Below are positions 7,163 to 18,187 of a stretch of DNA of 30,383 nucleotides, piece after piece. Position numbers and translations under genes: made by a program. Below the pieces are notes generated by a model. The model saw only the letters and a list, made by a program, of their open reading frames with translations, did not search any database and was not told where the DNA came from. This DNA comes from Macrostomum lignano (taxonomy: Eukaryota): assembly GCA_002269645.1 (NCBI GenBank), contig NIVC01004949.1, positions 1 through 30,383 on the forward strand, read 5' to 3'. Each line of letters starts with the position of its first letter. The stretch's first letter is position 1.

Positions 7163-9149
7163 GCTTTTTACAGTAACTTTGAGCTTAGGAGCAGTTGACT
7201 TAATCCAAAGTGGCAGAGCGCTGCACACAAGACAGCTGCCGTGCTGCCCTCAGTCAATGGCTCAAAATTTTGGCTGGTGAGCAAAGACTCAATCTTGGGG
7301 TTCTTGGAGCATTCACTCAATCCATTCTTAGCCTTTTTGGATCCTGGCTTCATTCTTATTATCGTAAAGCAATAAAGTACTACAGGTGGAACAAAAGTCT
7401 TGTCGTCTATACCCCTAGAAAAGCAAACAGGTGAAAACATGAATCATTTTAACTCTAATCAGTAACGTAGTGTCCATTGGCTGCAATCACGCGCTGGCAA
7501 TGGTCCAGGAGCAGATCCACCTGGTCTCGGAGGGCACTTTTGGAGATGCTCCGCAACACCTGCAACGAGGCGTCTTCAACTTCTTGACAGCTGTTGAAGG
7601 TCATGCCCCGGAGTGCGTTCTTCTGCCAGAGGAACAAAATCGGTCACACAGGTTCAGATCGGGACTGTAGGGCTCTGCCAAATCACGGTGATAGAGCGCT
7701 CTTGCAGGAAATCCCGAAAGAGTCGTGCAACATGCGGTCGAGCATTGTCCATTTGCAAGCTGATCTCGCTCAGTCGGACTGGGTTGGAGCGCAGAGTATG
7801 CCACAGGTTTCCGGTTCGCCAGAGGTAGCTCACCATCTGCTCGGCGTCCACCGTCTCTCCCTTAGGCAATGCAGTGACTGAGAATCGCTTGTTGGCTGTA
7901 AACGTGACCATCAGCAGGGACTTCCGTTTCGTCATGGCATTTTGTCGCACGACCTGCTTTCGGGCTCCCCCTCTCAAGCCAAGTCCTGTTGTCAGTCTTG
8001 GTCAGCATCCCAGGACACCCATGTCTCGCCTTGCACAGCGTACAGATTGTACCTTTCCTACTTCATCCCTTGCAGAACCAGTCACAATTGTGTGGCACAG
8101 TTGACTCGCTCTGCTCATCCGTGAGATTGTGGGGTACCCACACTGAGCACACCTATCTCAGCTGCAGGTCCTCTCGAAGGATTCGAAGTATTGTGCTGTG
8201 GTAACTACTCAGCTGCTCAGCTAGATCACGAGACGAGAGATGGGGATCCTCACAGATCCTCTCCTTCACCTTCCTCGTCAGCTCACCTGTCCTTGAGTTC
8301 TTTGGCCGGCCAGGTCGGTCACCATCGCGCACTTCCCGCGTCCCGTCATTGACGTCTTTCATCCAGCGCTGTATGGTTCTCAGGGATGGAACAGCATCGC
8401 TCCAAGCAGCTCTCAGATCTTGGTGGACTTCGGTAGCTGAATCACCGAGCTGTAGTCGAGTAGCCGCGTAAAACTGAAAATGCGTCTTAGCGAGCCGGCT
8501 TGCTTGGTGCGCACCCACCCCACCTCAGCTAGACAGAGGTTGGGGGGTTTCCAATGCGGCTGCACTGGTGCTGCCGGTCGCGTACAGTCTGGCCGCCACA
8601 GAATAATTGCTATTTTTAGCAGAGTTATTGTACAAGCGACAAGACTTTGTTCCACCCGAAGTATAACGAAGCTCCTCATCATAAGTTTTGGTCCTCTGTC
8701 ACCACCACGAGGAAGACAATTGCGGCGACCAGTCTCTTTTTACCAACGTTTCATAGAAGCTAATCTTCGGTTCATTTCGCGATATCAACCGCGGTCGCTC
8801 ACCTCTGTCCAAGGCTTCGATGGTTAGGCTGTGCATGTCATCACAGATCATTTTCCATGTTCTTGGTTGCGCGCCGTCACCCTGATCGTCTGGAGCTGTT
8901 TCATTCAGAGCTGATGTCGCTATCTTCAACTTTCAAGCTCATATTGTTGCTGATTTTTAGGTTAAAAGGCGACGGTAAGCGTTTTAGCAGACATGAGAGG
9001 ACTGAGTTGAATGCTCCAAAGATTAAGTCTTTGCTCACGAGTCAAACTTTTGGGCCATAGACTGGGGACAGCAGCTGTCTTGAGTGTAGCGCTCTGCCAC
9101 TCTGGATTAAGTCACCTGCTCCTAAGCTCAAACTGACTGTAAAAAGCTG
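7163..9149 (-). mobile_element. Mariner (DD34D) DNA transposon with ~160-bp imperfect TIRs, defective
   Basis: Inverted repeats at about 7163-7320 and 9004-9149 (GCTTTTTACAGT..TTTGAGCTTAGGAGCAG.TGACTTAATCCA.AGTGGCAGAGCGCT). Flanked by TA at 7161-7162 and 9150-9151. Internal transposase remnants. Confidence 0.88.
7455..8518 (-). pseudogene. Mariner transposase pseudogene
   Basis: HTH region (PSLRTIQRW, RPGRP), WVPHNL, YAVQGETW (first catalytic D appears mutated to G), MDNARPH, YSPDLNLCD (D34D spacing) and C-terminal CQRVIAANGHYV. It has in-frame stops and frameshifts. Confidence 0.92.
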
Positions 9150-9246
9150 TAGTAAAAACTTTTAGCCCAGGGAAAAGTATTGCTTTTGTCAGCCAAGGTG
9201 AAAATTAAGTCAGCCAAGATGAGATCACTCATTTGGCAGCAGTGGA

Positions 9247-9492
9247 TTTGGTCTTGCCCATAGACATAGACATAGATGGATAATTCTATGTCTACGAGCG
9301 TATGTAACCAAGTTGATAGTTCTGATCTTTACTACACAATATTCGGTGTTTGAGCATGAGCTTAAAAATTTAAAAGCAGCAGACTATAAGAGAGGTTGCT
9401 GCTGGCGTGTTTCTTATTGCTGATGTCTATGGCCGAATCATCAAGTTGCTTGCTTTTCTCCGTCTCCGTCTATGTCTATGGGCAAGACCAAA
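9247..9492. mobile_element. MITE-like element with a perfect 25-bp inverted repeat
   Basis: TTTGGTCTTGCCCATAGACATAGAC at 9247-9271 and its exact reverse complement at 9468-9492. Non-coding interior. No TSD identified. Confidence 0.6.
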
Positions 9493-10180
9493 GTCTAACA
9501 ACTATACTGCCTTTAGTCACTTCTTCTGTTTTGCTAGCTTGCAACTTAAAACAAAAACTATTTTAAAACTAATTCAACTGGGAAGTACTTCAAACTGGAG
9601 TACTAAAATAATAAGCAATTTACATTTAAAATAATTCACAACCTAAAATTGAAAAATTATTTACCAATTTAAGATGATGAAGAATAACAGAAATATGTTA
9701 TTAATCTTGCCACGAAAATCAATTCACTTGCATTGTGTCTACTTAACGGTAGAAAACTGGAACATATATCAAAAGCCTCAGCCTACTTGAGCAGTGAAAT
9801 GACTCTGAGCTGCTATGCTCATTTCTCACTCCCACGGCACCATGACATGATTTCAAAAGTTTCAGCCTGCGCCAAGTGTCAGTCTATTTACACTTCAATC
9901 ATTTCCTTTTCTGCAATGTATTTTCTCTCTGTGCCACTGTGCGAAAGCTTTCAAAATTAGACTTTGACCGTACTTTTTGCAGCGAGAGTGAGAAAGCCGG
10001 ATGAGGAACGCTTGTCCCAGCCAGAACCTTTCAGTATTCTCACTTGGCTCATTTTCTCTTTCATTACAGTTGAGCACAGAGCAGAGCAGAGCCAAGGAAA
10101 GTGGAGAGCTCAGCTGCTGGACAGACACCAAGTCTATTTCTGCTGCCGAGAACTTCGTCTGCTCAGCTCCCTGCTTAGAT

Positions 10181-10718
10181 TGCTCAGCTCACTGATTAGA
10201 GAGCACTGCTCAGCTCACTGATTAGAGAGCACTGCTCAGCTCACTGATTAGAGAGCACTGCTCAGCTCACTGATTAGAGAGCACTGCTCAGCTCACTGAT
10301 TAGAGAGCACTGCTCAGCTCACTGATTAGAGAGCACTGCTCAGCTCACTGATTAGAGAGCACTGCTCAGCTCACTGATTAGAGAGCACTGCTCAGCTCAC
10401 TGATTAGAGAGCACTGCTCAGCTCACTGATTAGAGAGCACTGCTCAGCTCACTGATTAGAGAGCACTGCTCAGCTCACTGATTAGAGAGCACTGCTCAGC
10501 TCACTGATTAGAGAGCACTGCTCAGCTCACTGATTAGAGAGCACTGCTCAGCTCACTGATTAGAGAGCACTGCTCAGCTCACTGATTAGAGAGCACTGCT
10601 CAGCTCACTGATTAGAGAGCACTGCTCAGCTCACTGATTAGAGAGCACTGCTCAGCTCACTGATTAGAGAGCACTGCTCAGCTCACTGATTAGAGAGCAC
10701 TGCTCAGCTCACTGATTA
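10181..10718. repeat. 26-bp minisatellite, about 20.7 essentially identical copies
   Basis: Unit CAGCTCACTGATTAGAGAGCACTGCT with period 26. A degenerate copy lies at about 10159-10181. Confidence 0.98.
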
Positions 10719-12216
10719 CATGGATATGCAGAGAGCATAAATGAGGAATAGTGGTTTTTACGGAATATGAATCCACTACTGCACTCAGCATTCAATCCCA
10801 ACTGAGGAGTTTGATCTCAGCCAACCATTTTTTGCTCCTTCTCGCCCCCTCCCCAGCTCTGCATTTCGTCACTGAATATTTCAGCAAATAAGAGGATCGG
10901 GAATCTGGAAGCTCAGTTCCGCCGCCCAGTTTGCTCTCCTCAGATCTGCGCTCAAGATTTTTTTCACCAGTCGAACTTGTTGAGCACTCACTGTCTTTCA
11001 CTGTTTGGCCAAAAAACGCACCGTAGTCTCACAGGTAATGCCAAATCAGGTTAATTTCAGACCATTTAGGTGAAGAGAAGCGTCACCCGACCTGTTGAAA
11101 TAGATACCGCCTTTTCTGTTTGATAAGGAGACTTAGCTAATGGATTGCTTCCAGAATTAAAAGCGTTCTAGGATTCTCCAGCGCTCGTCAATGCGGACTG
11201 TCGGGTCTGGTTCAGCTGCATTCGTCCATCTAGGCTGTACATTTTTCTATCAAAGCGAGATTGCTGCCGTCAATTTCTATAACGACGACCGCTGCTTCGC
11301 CTCCCTGCCAGATCCCGCCTGCATTTTCATTTCTCCCCGCGGGCAGGGGAATCGCATTTTATTGAAAAAACCGCCTCGCAACGGATAGCAGCAGGAGGGT
11401 GGAAGTCGCGACCGGCGCATGGCTTGGCAACGGCACGGATCTCGGTGGTTCTCTCCTTAACAGCGCTCTCACCCCCTCATTTACCCAATCCCTATCCCTT
11501 CTTCCTCATCCCCAGCCGCATACCCAGCACCTGTTGTCAATGCAAATAAAGCACTCTTTCATTCCATTGTCGCTCGGCTCGCATTATTTAGCTCGCAGCA
11601 GCAGATATGAATTTCAGGAACAAAACGGGCAGCCTGTAAGACAGTTTATTCTGCGCCAGGTTTCCGACTCATCTGTGCAAATAAGAGGCCTGCGTGTCTG
11701 ACAGCCCAGCACCTTCATCGGCGAAACAGGTTTTCCAAATTTTTCTTTTAGTTTAATATCTGACTGTGGGGAGTTGCCTGTCACCTCATTGATTATCTTT
11801 GTATTCTGGTTGGTTTTTGCGGTTGGCGAGCAGGTTGGGCGAACTATTTTTTGGCCTTCCTTCCGGTCTACTTGTGCCCCCCCCCCCCGTCTGTCTGATT
11901 TTCATTCTTCTTCTGCGCAAGAGAAAGCAATGCTGCGGGTGCAGCTTGCAGGGTTTCAGCGGGATCTGCTTTCTTCCGCGTGTGCGCACTGGGGCAAAAA
12001 CTGCCGCTAGCTACTCAGGCTGAGTCAACAGCGCTCGGGCCTTTCTGCTTGGGGAGAGGCTGATCCAATTGGCGACTTAAAGTGCAATATCTTTTTCTAG
12101 GCTGTGACTACACAGGTTAGCTCAAACGTTTTGTCTCGTCCCACCGGTTTCAGCGACTTATTCTACTGCACACCATCTACCGCACAGCTTCCTCCGTGCC
12201 GGCCGGCGGAGAAAAA

Positions 12217-15200
12217 ATGGACCAGCAGATCACGGACGCGGAGCTGAAAGGTGAGGCCCAATCGATGCAAATTCTAGACAGAGTGATTTTTAATGCAATT
12301 TTAGAATTCATTTGTAGTTGGCGGAGCGGAGAGACACGCAAGAACGGAGTGAATAGTTGCAAATTTAATAATGGGCTTCGCGGGAAAGGAGAGGCAGGAT
12401 CGAATGCGGGGCGGAACGAAGCTGGGAGAATGCTATTATGCTCATACAAAATTATACTCAGAGAATAGAAGCGAGTAATATAGAATTTTCCATCCGATTT
12501 ACCGCGTCTGATTCACATTGCAATCCATGGAATTTTGGTCATGACGTTTCTTACCGCCCTAGAAAATCGGATGAGAAAAATAGCATATTAATACCCATAC
12601 TTTTAAGGGCGCAAAAGGTCAAACGCGAGTTCAGCTAAATTGTGAGAGCTGTGTTTCTGTGCCACGGTAGCTAGGGTCCCTGAAGCAGGTGCCCTCTGAT
12701 GTGCCATTTACGCCCTTAAAGCATGGGTATTGCTGTTATTGTGCCATAGACATTTCTGTCTCAGCAAGGCTGTGAAAGAAGAAATTAAAGAGCGTGAGAA
12801 GTGGGGGTGCGGGGGGGGGCTACTGTGGGGGTGCTGGGGTGCTGGGGGTGCTGGGGGTGCTGGGGGTGCTGGGGGTGCTGGGGGTGTGGGGGCGAAGCTT
12901 CCACATTTCAATCATAGACCATAGACTTCAACTTTCGTTCGATTCATGCGGGCTTAAATGTAGTCTTGACCTGGGATTGAATAAGTAGTGCCCGCCGGGC
13001 AAAAAGGTCGTGATACAATAGCTCTACCATAGACCCTCTTTCTGCACGAAGATGGTCCTTGGTATTGCTATACTCATCTAGCTCGTACGTTCCATAACAG
13101 TGACAACCATAAAATGATCCTGTTATTCTGATTCTTATATGCTCGTAGGAGCTAATGCAATTTAACATCGAAATTCAAGTAATATACCTGGACCGAAAAA
13201 TCGGTCTTAATTTCAGATATGTTCACCCTGTTCGATCAGAATAATTCTGGCTATATTGAAAGCTTCGAACTGCGCAACATCCTGCAGGCTATGGGCCAGA
13301 ATCCCACTCAGAAGGATGTGGACACCATCATTCAGGAGGCTGATGTGCTGGGTTAGTCTGGTGTTTCGCACGAAATGTACTCAGCACAGAATCCATTCAT
13401 AGTTCAATTCCAAACAAATTTCTTTAACCTTAAATCGCAGTGAAGGACGGAAAGATTGACTTTGATGAATTCGCTCGCATCATGAGGACTAATGGGACGT
13501 TTAAATCGTCGAACGAGATGGACGACGAACTGATGAAAGCTTTCGAGGTTAATTTTGTGTTTGCTAAAACTTTTTCTTGTCGCAAATTTAGAAGAAGTCA
13601 CAAATACAGGGGATATTTTCGAACCCGCATGCTATAAATTCAGATGTTTGATCGGGACAAAAATGGCTACATCAGCCGTCAAGAGTTGGAGTTTGTTCTA
13701 AAATCAATTGGCGAGCCAATGTCGTACGAGGAAATCGACGAGATGTTCAAGAGTGCCGACGCCAATGAAGACGGCCGAATCAGCTACCGAGGTGAGCGTT
13801 GCTGTACCTTGAACCTTGTGTCTGCGTGGTTGTGTCTGTATGCATGTACCTTGTGTCTATATGCATGTAGCTGTGTCTGTATGCATGTAGCTGTGTCTGG
13901 TAACATGTAGCTGTGTCTGTTAACATGTAGTTTGTGTCTGTATGCATGTAGCTGTGTCTGTATGCATGTAGCTGTGTCTGTATGCATGTAGCTGTGTCTG
14001 TATGCATGTAGCTGTGTCTGGTAACATGTAGCTGTGTCTGGTAACATGTAGCTGTGTCTGTTAACATGTAGTTTGTGTCTGTATGCATGTAGCTTGTGTC
14101 TATATGCATGTAGCTGTGTCTGTATGCATGTAGTTTGTGTCTATATACATATAGCTTGTGTCTATATACATATATCTTGTGTCTATATGCATTTAGCTGT
14201 GTCTGTATGCATGTAGCTTGTGTCTATATACATATAGCTTGTGTCTATATACATATATCTTGTGTCTATATGCATTTAGCTGTGTCTGTATGCATGTAGC
14301 TGTGTCTGTATGCATGTAGCTGTGTCTGTATGCATGTAGCTGTGTCTGTATACATGTAGCTTGTGTCTGTATACATGTAGCTTGTGTCTATATACATATA
14401 GCTTGTGTCTATATACATATATCTTGTGTCTATATGCATTTAGCTGTGTCTGTATGCATTTAGCTGTGTCTGTATGCATGTAGCTGTGTCTGTATGCATG
14501 TAGCTGTGTCTGTATACATGTAGCTTGTGTCTGTATGCATGTAGCTTGTGTCTGTATGCATGTAGCTGTGTCTGTATGCATGTAGTTTGTGTCTATATAC
14601 ATATAGCTTGTGTCTATATGCATGTAGTTTGTGTCTATATACATATAGCTTGTGTCTGTATACATGTAGCTTGTGTCTATATACATATAGCTTGTGTCTA
14701 TATACATATATCTTGTGTCTATATGCATTTAGCTGTGTCTGTATGCATGTAGCTGTGTCTGTATGCATGTAGCTGTGTCTGTATACATGTAGCTTGTGTC
14801 TGTATGCATGTAGTTTGTGTCTGTATGCATGTAGCTGTGTCTGTATGCATGTAGCTGTGTCTGTATGCATGTAGCTGTGTCTGTATGCATGTAGCTGTGT
14901 CTGTATGCATGTAGCTGTGTCTGTATGCATGTAGCTGTGTCTGTATGCATGTAGCTGTGTCTGTATGCATGTAGCTGTGTCTGTATACATGTAGCTTGTG
15001 TCTGTATGCATGTAGTTTGTGTCTGTATGCATGTAGCTTGTGTCTATATGCATGTAGCTGTGTCTATATGCATGTAGGTGTGTCTATATGCATTTAGCTT
15101 GTGTCTATATGCATGTAGCTGTGTCTGTATGCATGTAGCTGTGTCTGTTAACATGTAGCTGTGTCTGTATGCATGTAGTTTGTGTCTGTATACATGTAGC

Positions 15201-15923
15201 TTGTGTCTCTATGCTTGTAGCTTGTGTCTGTATACATGTAGCTTGTGTCTCTATGCTTGTAAGCTTGTGTCTATATACATGTAGCTTGTGTCTCTATGCT
15301 TGTAAGCTTGTGTCTATATGCATATAGCTTGTGTCTAAATGCATGTAGCTGTGTCTCTATGTTTGTAAGCTTGTGTCTAAATGCATATAGCTGTGTCTCT
15401 ATGCTTGTAAGCTTGTGTCTAAATGCATGTAGCTGTGTCTCTATGCTTGTAAGCTTGTGTCTAAATGCATGTAGCTGTGTCTCTATGCTTGTAAGCTTAT
15501 GTCTATATGCATGTAATATTGCATCTATATGCATGTAGCTTGTGTCTAACTACTGTAGCTGGTGTACATGCATAGTGGCCTGCAGCTGTAGCTGTAGCTT
15601 GTGTACAGAGTGTTACGGCCTGTAGCTTATCTCATGGTGTCCACTGACTTTCGTGGTTTCACTTTGCAATATTCGAATCAATTCTGGCTTGTGACTCTTT
15701 CTTGGAGCTTGAGGCTTGTTACTTGTGACTTGTGACTTGGACTAGAGGCGTGAGTGAGTGATTTGCTGCGATTTGGCGACGCCCCACTGAAGACGGAAAC
15801 TTGATTTTATTGACAAATTTAACAAGTGGATGAGCAGAAAAGTAACAAAAAGTTGCATAATAAATTGGCCGTTTTTCAGAGTTCGTAGTGATGTTCAACC
15901 ACTCGTTCAAAGGTGGCATTTGA
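12217..15923 (+). CDS. Calmodulin-like four-EF-hand protein, 155 aa, 5 exons
   Basis: Phase-consistent GT-AG exons 12217-12250, 13217-13351, 13441-13547, 13644-13791 and 15880-15923 (468 nt). EF loops are DQNNSGYIESFE, DVLVKDGKIDFDE (atypical), DRDKNGYISRQE and DANEDGRISYRE. The protein ends EFVVMFNHSFKGGI*. Confidence 0.92.
12803..12892 (+). repeat. G-rich (GGGGGTGCT)n tract, potential G-quadruplex, in intron 1 of the calmodulin-like gene
   Basis: About ten runs of 4 or more G with short linkers, and a 9-bp unit repeated about 6 times. Confidence 0.85.
13818..15549. repeat. 20/21-bp compound minisatellite (~1.7 kb) filling intron 4 of the calmodulin-like gene
   Basis: Consensus TGTGTCTGTATGCATGTAGC with variants such as ...GGTAACATG..., ...ATATACATATAGCT... 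and ...CTCTATGCTTGTAAGCT.... The edges are degenerate, out to about 15610. Confidence 0.97.
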
Positions 15924-17582
15924 CTGTATTCACAGCTGCTTTGAGTGTTGTGCATCATGATTACTTAACTACTATATAAGCATAACTTGGATTGTCACAA
16001 CAACTGCTAATATTATATTGTTAATATTTTAACCCTTTTCTTCTATTACCAGTTACCTATTCGGATTTAATGATCTTTGAATATATGAAGCTCTACATAC
16101 TACTGTTTATTTGACAAAATAAATTGAATTTGTATTGCCTTCTGCAGGAATGCGTACCGATACTCTCGATACTCAGTTTCATGTACTCATGTATTCCTGT
16201 CCCCATCCACATGGGTTGGACAATTAAACTGAAGTGCGATTCTAGAAATGTGTCACGCCAAGTTAAAATGACAACACCTGGAAATTGAGCCTCACGGGCT
16301 GAGCAATCATGGGCCACACCTGGGTTTCCTGGCACAAGGAAAAATGACGCGATGCTGCTTTGCCGCAACACGCAGTTTTCTTGTACTTCTCGATCTTCTT
16401 TATGAAATATTGGGGCAAGCTTCTCCTTGCCATTTATTGAATTTTGAATCCCCGGACTTGAACACGGACACCATTGGAAGGAAGCACAGATGTCGGACAT
16501 GTTGGATGTACTTATGGTTGTAAATCATTTCTCATTGACGTTAGGTTTTTATGAATTCTAAGCTGCACTAGCAATTACTGAACATTAAAAAGATAATTGT
16601 CATTCCCGGAAGTCAGATTGACAACTGATTAATTTATTTGAGCTGGAGTAACTTTTGAAGAAAAAAAGCTGTCCTTTTTCACACACACAGCAAACTTTCT
16701 TTTTTTCAACAGTGCGTGCCATTGCTTTTTAATGTTTGCACTGCACCACTGAGGTCACCCACTCGCTTGCAGTGCGCTGCCGGCTGGACCTTTGCCCCCG
16801 CTTCGCCACCCAACTTCCTATAGCGTGCCAGGGGTCGCGACCCTGCGCCGGGTCTGACGGCCCAGGCATGGCGTGAACAGTCGCGTAAAGCATGGCATTT
16901 GCGGCAGCTCAAAGACTGACTCTAATATCGTGGGCTCAGACCGGCTGTCTCGGCGTGCCCATTTTCCGCTAAAAATGATAAGGAGAAGGCGCTTCTATTT
17001 ATCGGTACCCTGCATTTGCAGTTGCTGCTGCGGCATCAAAATTGTTTTCGCAAACTGCCACGATCACAAGACTTTGAACTGCCGTTGACAGAAACAGTTA
17101 ATGGCTCGTATCACGCTTTAATATACAGCTAGACATTGCTGTATTGCAGTTGTATAGCATTCAAATGATGAGATTCCGGTCAAATTAGGAATAGAATAAC
17201 ACTAATTGTAGGTGATTGCTTTCCTGGCTTTGTCTGAACTGTGCACAAAACATGGCGATAGATACAGTGTTCAGGATCACGCAACGAGCTAGTGAATTCT
17301 GGAAGTCAGAGTTTCATTAATAAAAATTGAAATTGTTACATGCATACAAACCTTAGATATTTAGTATATTTAGATTACACTGAATTCATCGGCACAAAGC
17401 CTAAAAGTTCGCTGTAGAGGGGCAATGCATTTTAAAAGATTGTCTCCAGCAAAGTGAAATCTATTAACAAAGCAAAACTTTCAAGAGTGGCATTTCAATT
17501 AGCAGGCCAGCCATATGAGCTCGTGCGAGAGTACTGTAGCTTTTCTCCAGCTTATCTCAGCCTAAGGGTCATCCAACCTCAG

Positions 17583-18187
17583 TCAACCTTTGTTCGCTGT
17601 GTTTAAGTCCGAAGAATTCACCAGTACCATAGACGTCACTCTGGTCACAGACGTCATTTCTCTGCTCGGCAGCCAAAAGTCCATGGATTGCAGTGCATGT
17701 GAGTCAGACGCGAGGTACCTGTTTCTCTACCTGCTGAATAGATTTCAGTCTATGGAATCATTTTCACAGTTTATGGTCCATGTTCAATTAATTCATCTAC
17801 AGTTAAGTTGAGAGAATCATCTTCTTAAGGATGGTGTTTCAATATTTCTCTGCACTTCGAGGCAACAATTGGCATGCCTCTGCTCGACATGAAATCCATA
17901 CTTTGGTGGTGATATCAGCGGCTTGATTCGCGAAGAGATGGACTTTCTATCTCTCTTTTCTGTAGAAGCAGAAAAGTCCGGTCCATAGTGGAGCAACGGA
18001 CTGGATTACCTGTTCTTGGCGTTGGATGCAGCTACGCTTTGGATCCAGAATTGGACAATTTGGTTGAAGATCTTGCCGATCTCGGAGCTGAAGTATCGGC
18101 TAAACAGAAGCAGCCGTCTCTTCCACTCTGCCGGTACCAATGGTGTCAGAAGCCGCAGCAGGAGCCATGGCAGGCCACCCTCAACAG
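17583..18187 (-). CDS. Possible last two exons of an unidentified gene
   Basis: Phase-compatible AG/GT-bounded segments 18010-18187 (VEGGLPWLLLRLLTPLVPAEWKRRLLLFSRYFSSEIGKIFNQIVQFWIQSVAASNAKN) and 17583-17718 (RYLASDSHALQSMDFWLP...NKG*). No upstream exon, start codon or homology was established. Confidence 0.25.

Noticed and set aside
12708-12988. Pro-Ala or Gly-Ala repeat ORFs
   Set aside because: They are translations of the (GGGGGTGCT)n tract in an intron.
12944-13168. 74-aa minus-strand ORF in intron 1
   Set aside because: No recognisable domain and a non-ATG start. It may be a transposon remnant but this is unsupported.
13780-15538. Many ORFs with MHTDT/CIQTQ/CLYA repeats
   Set aside because: They are translations of the 20/21-bp intronic minisatellite.
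16093-16500. 135-aa minus-strand ORF
   Set aside because: No motif, no convincing splice context, and it lies antisense to the probable 3' region of the calmodulin-like gene.
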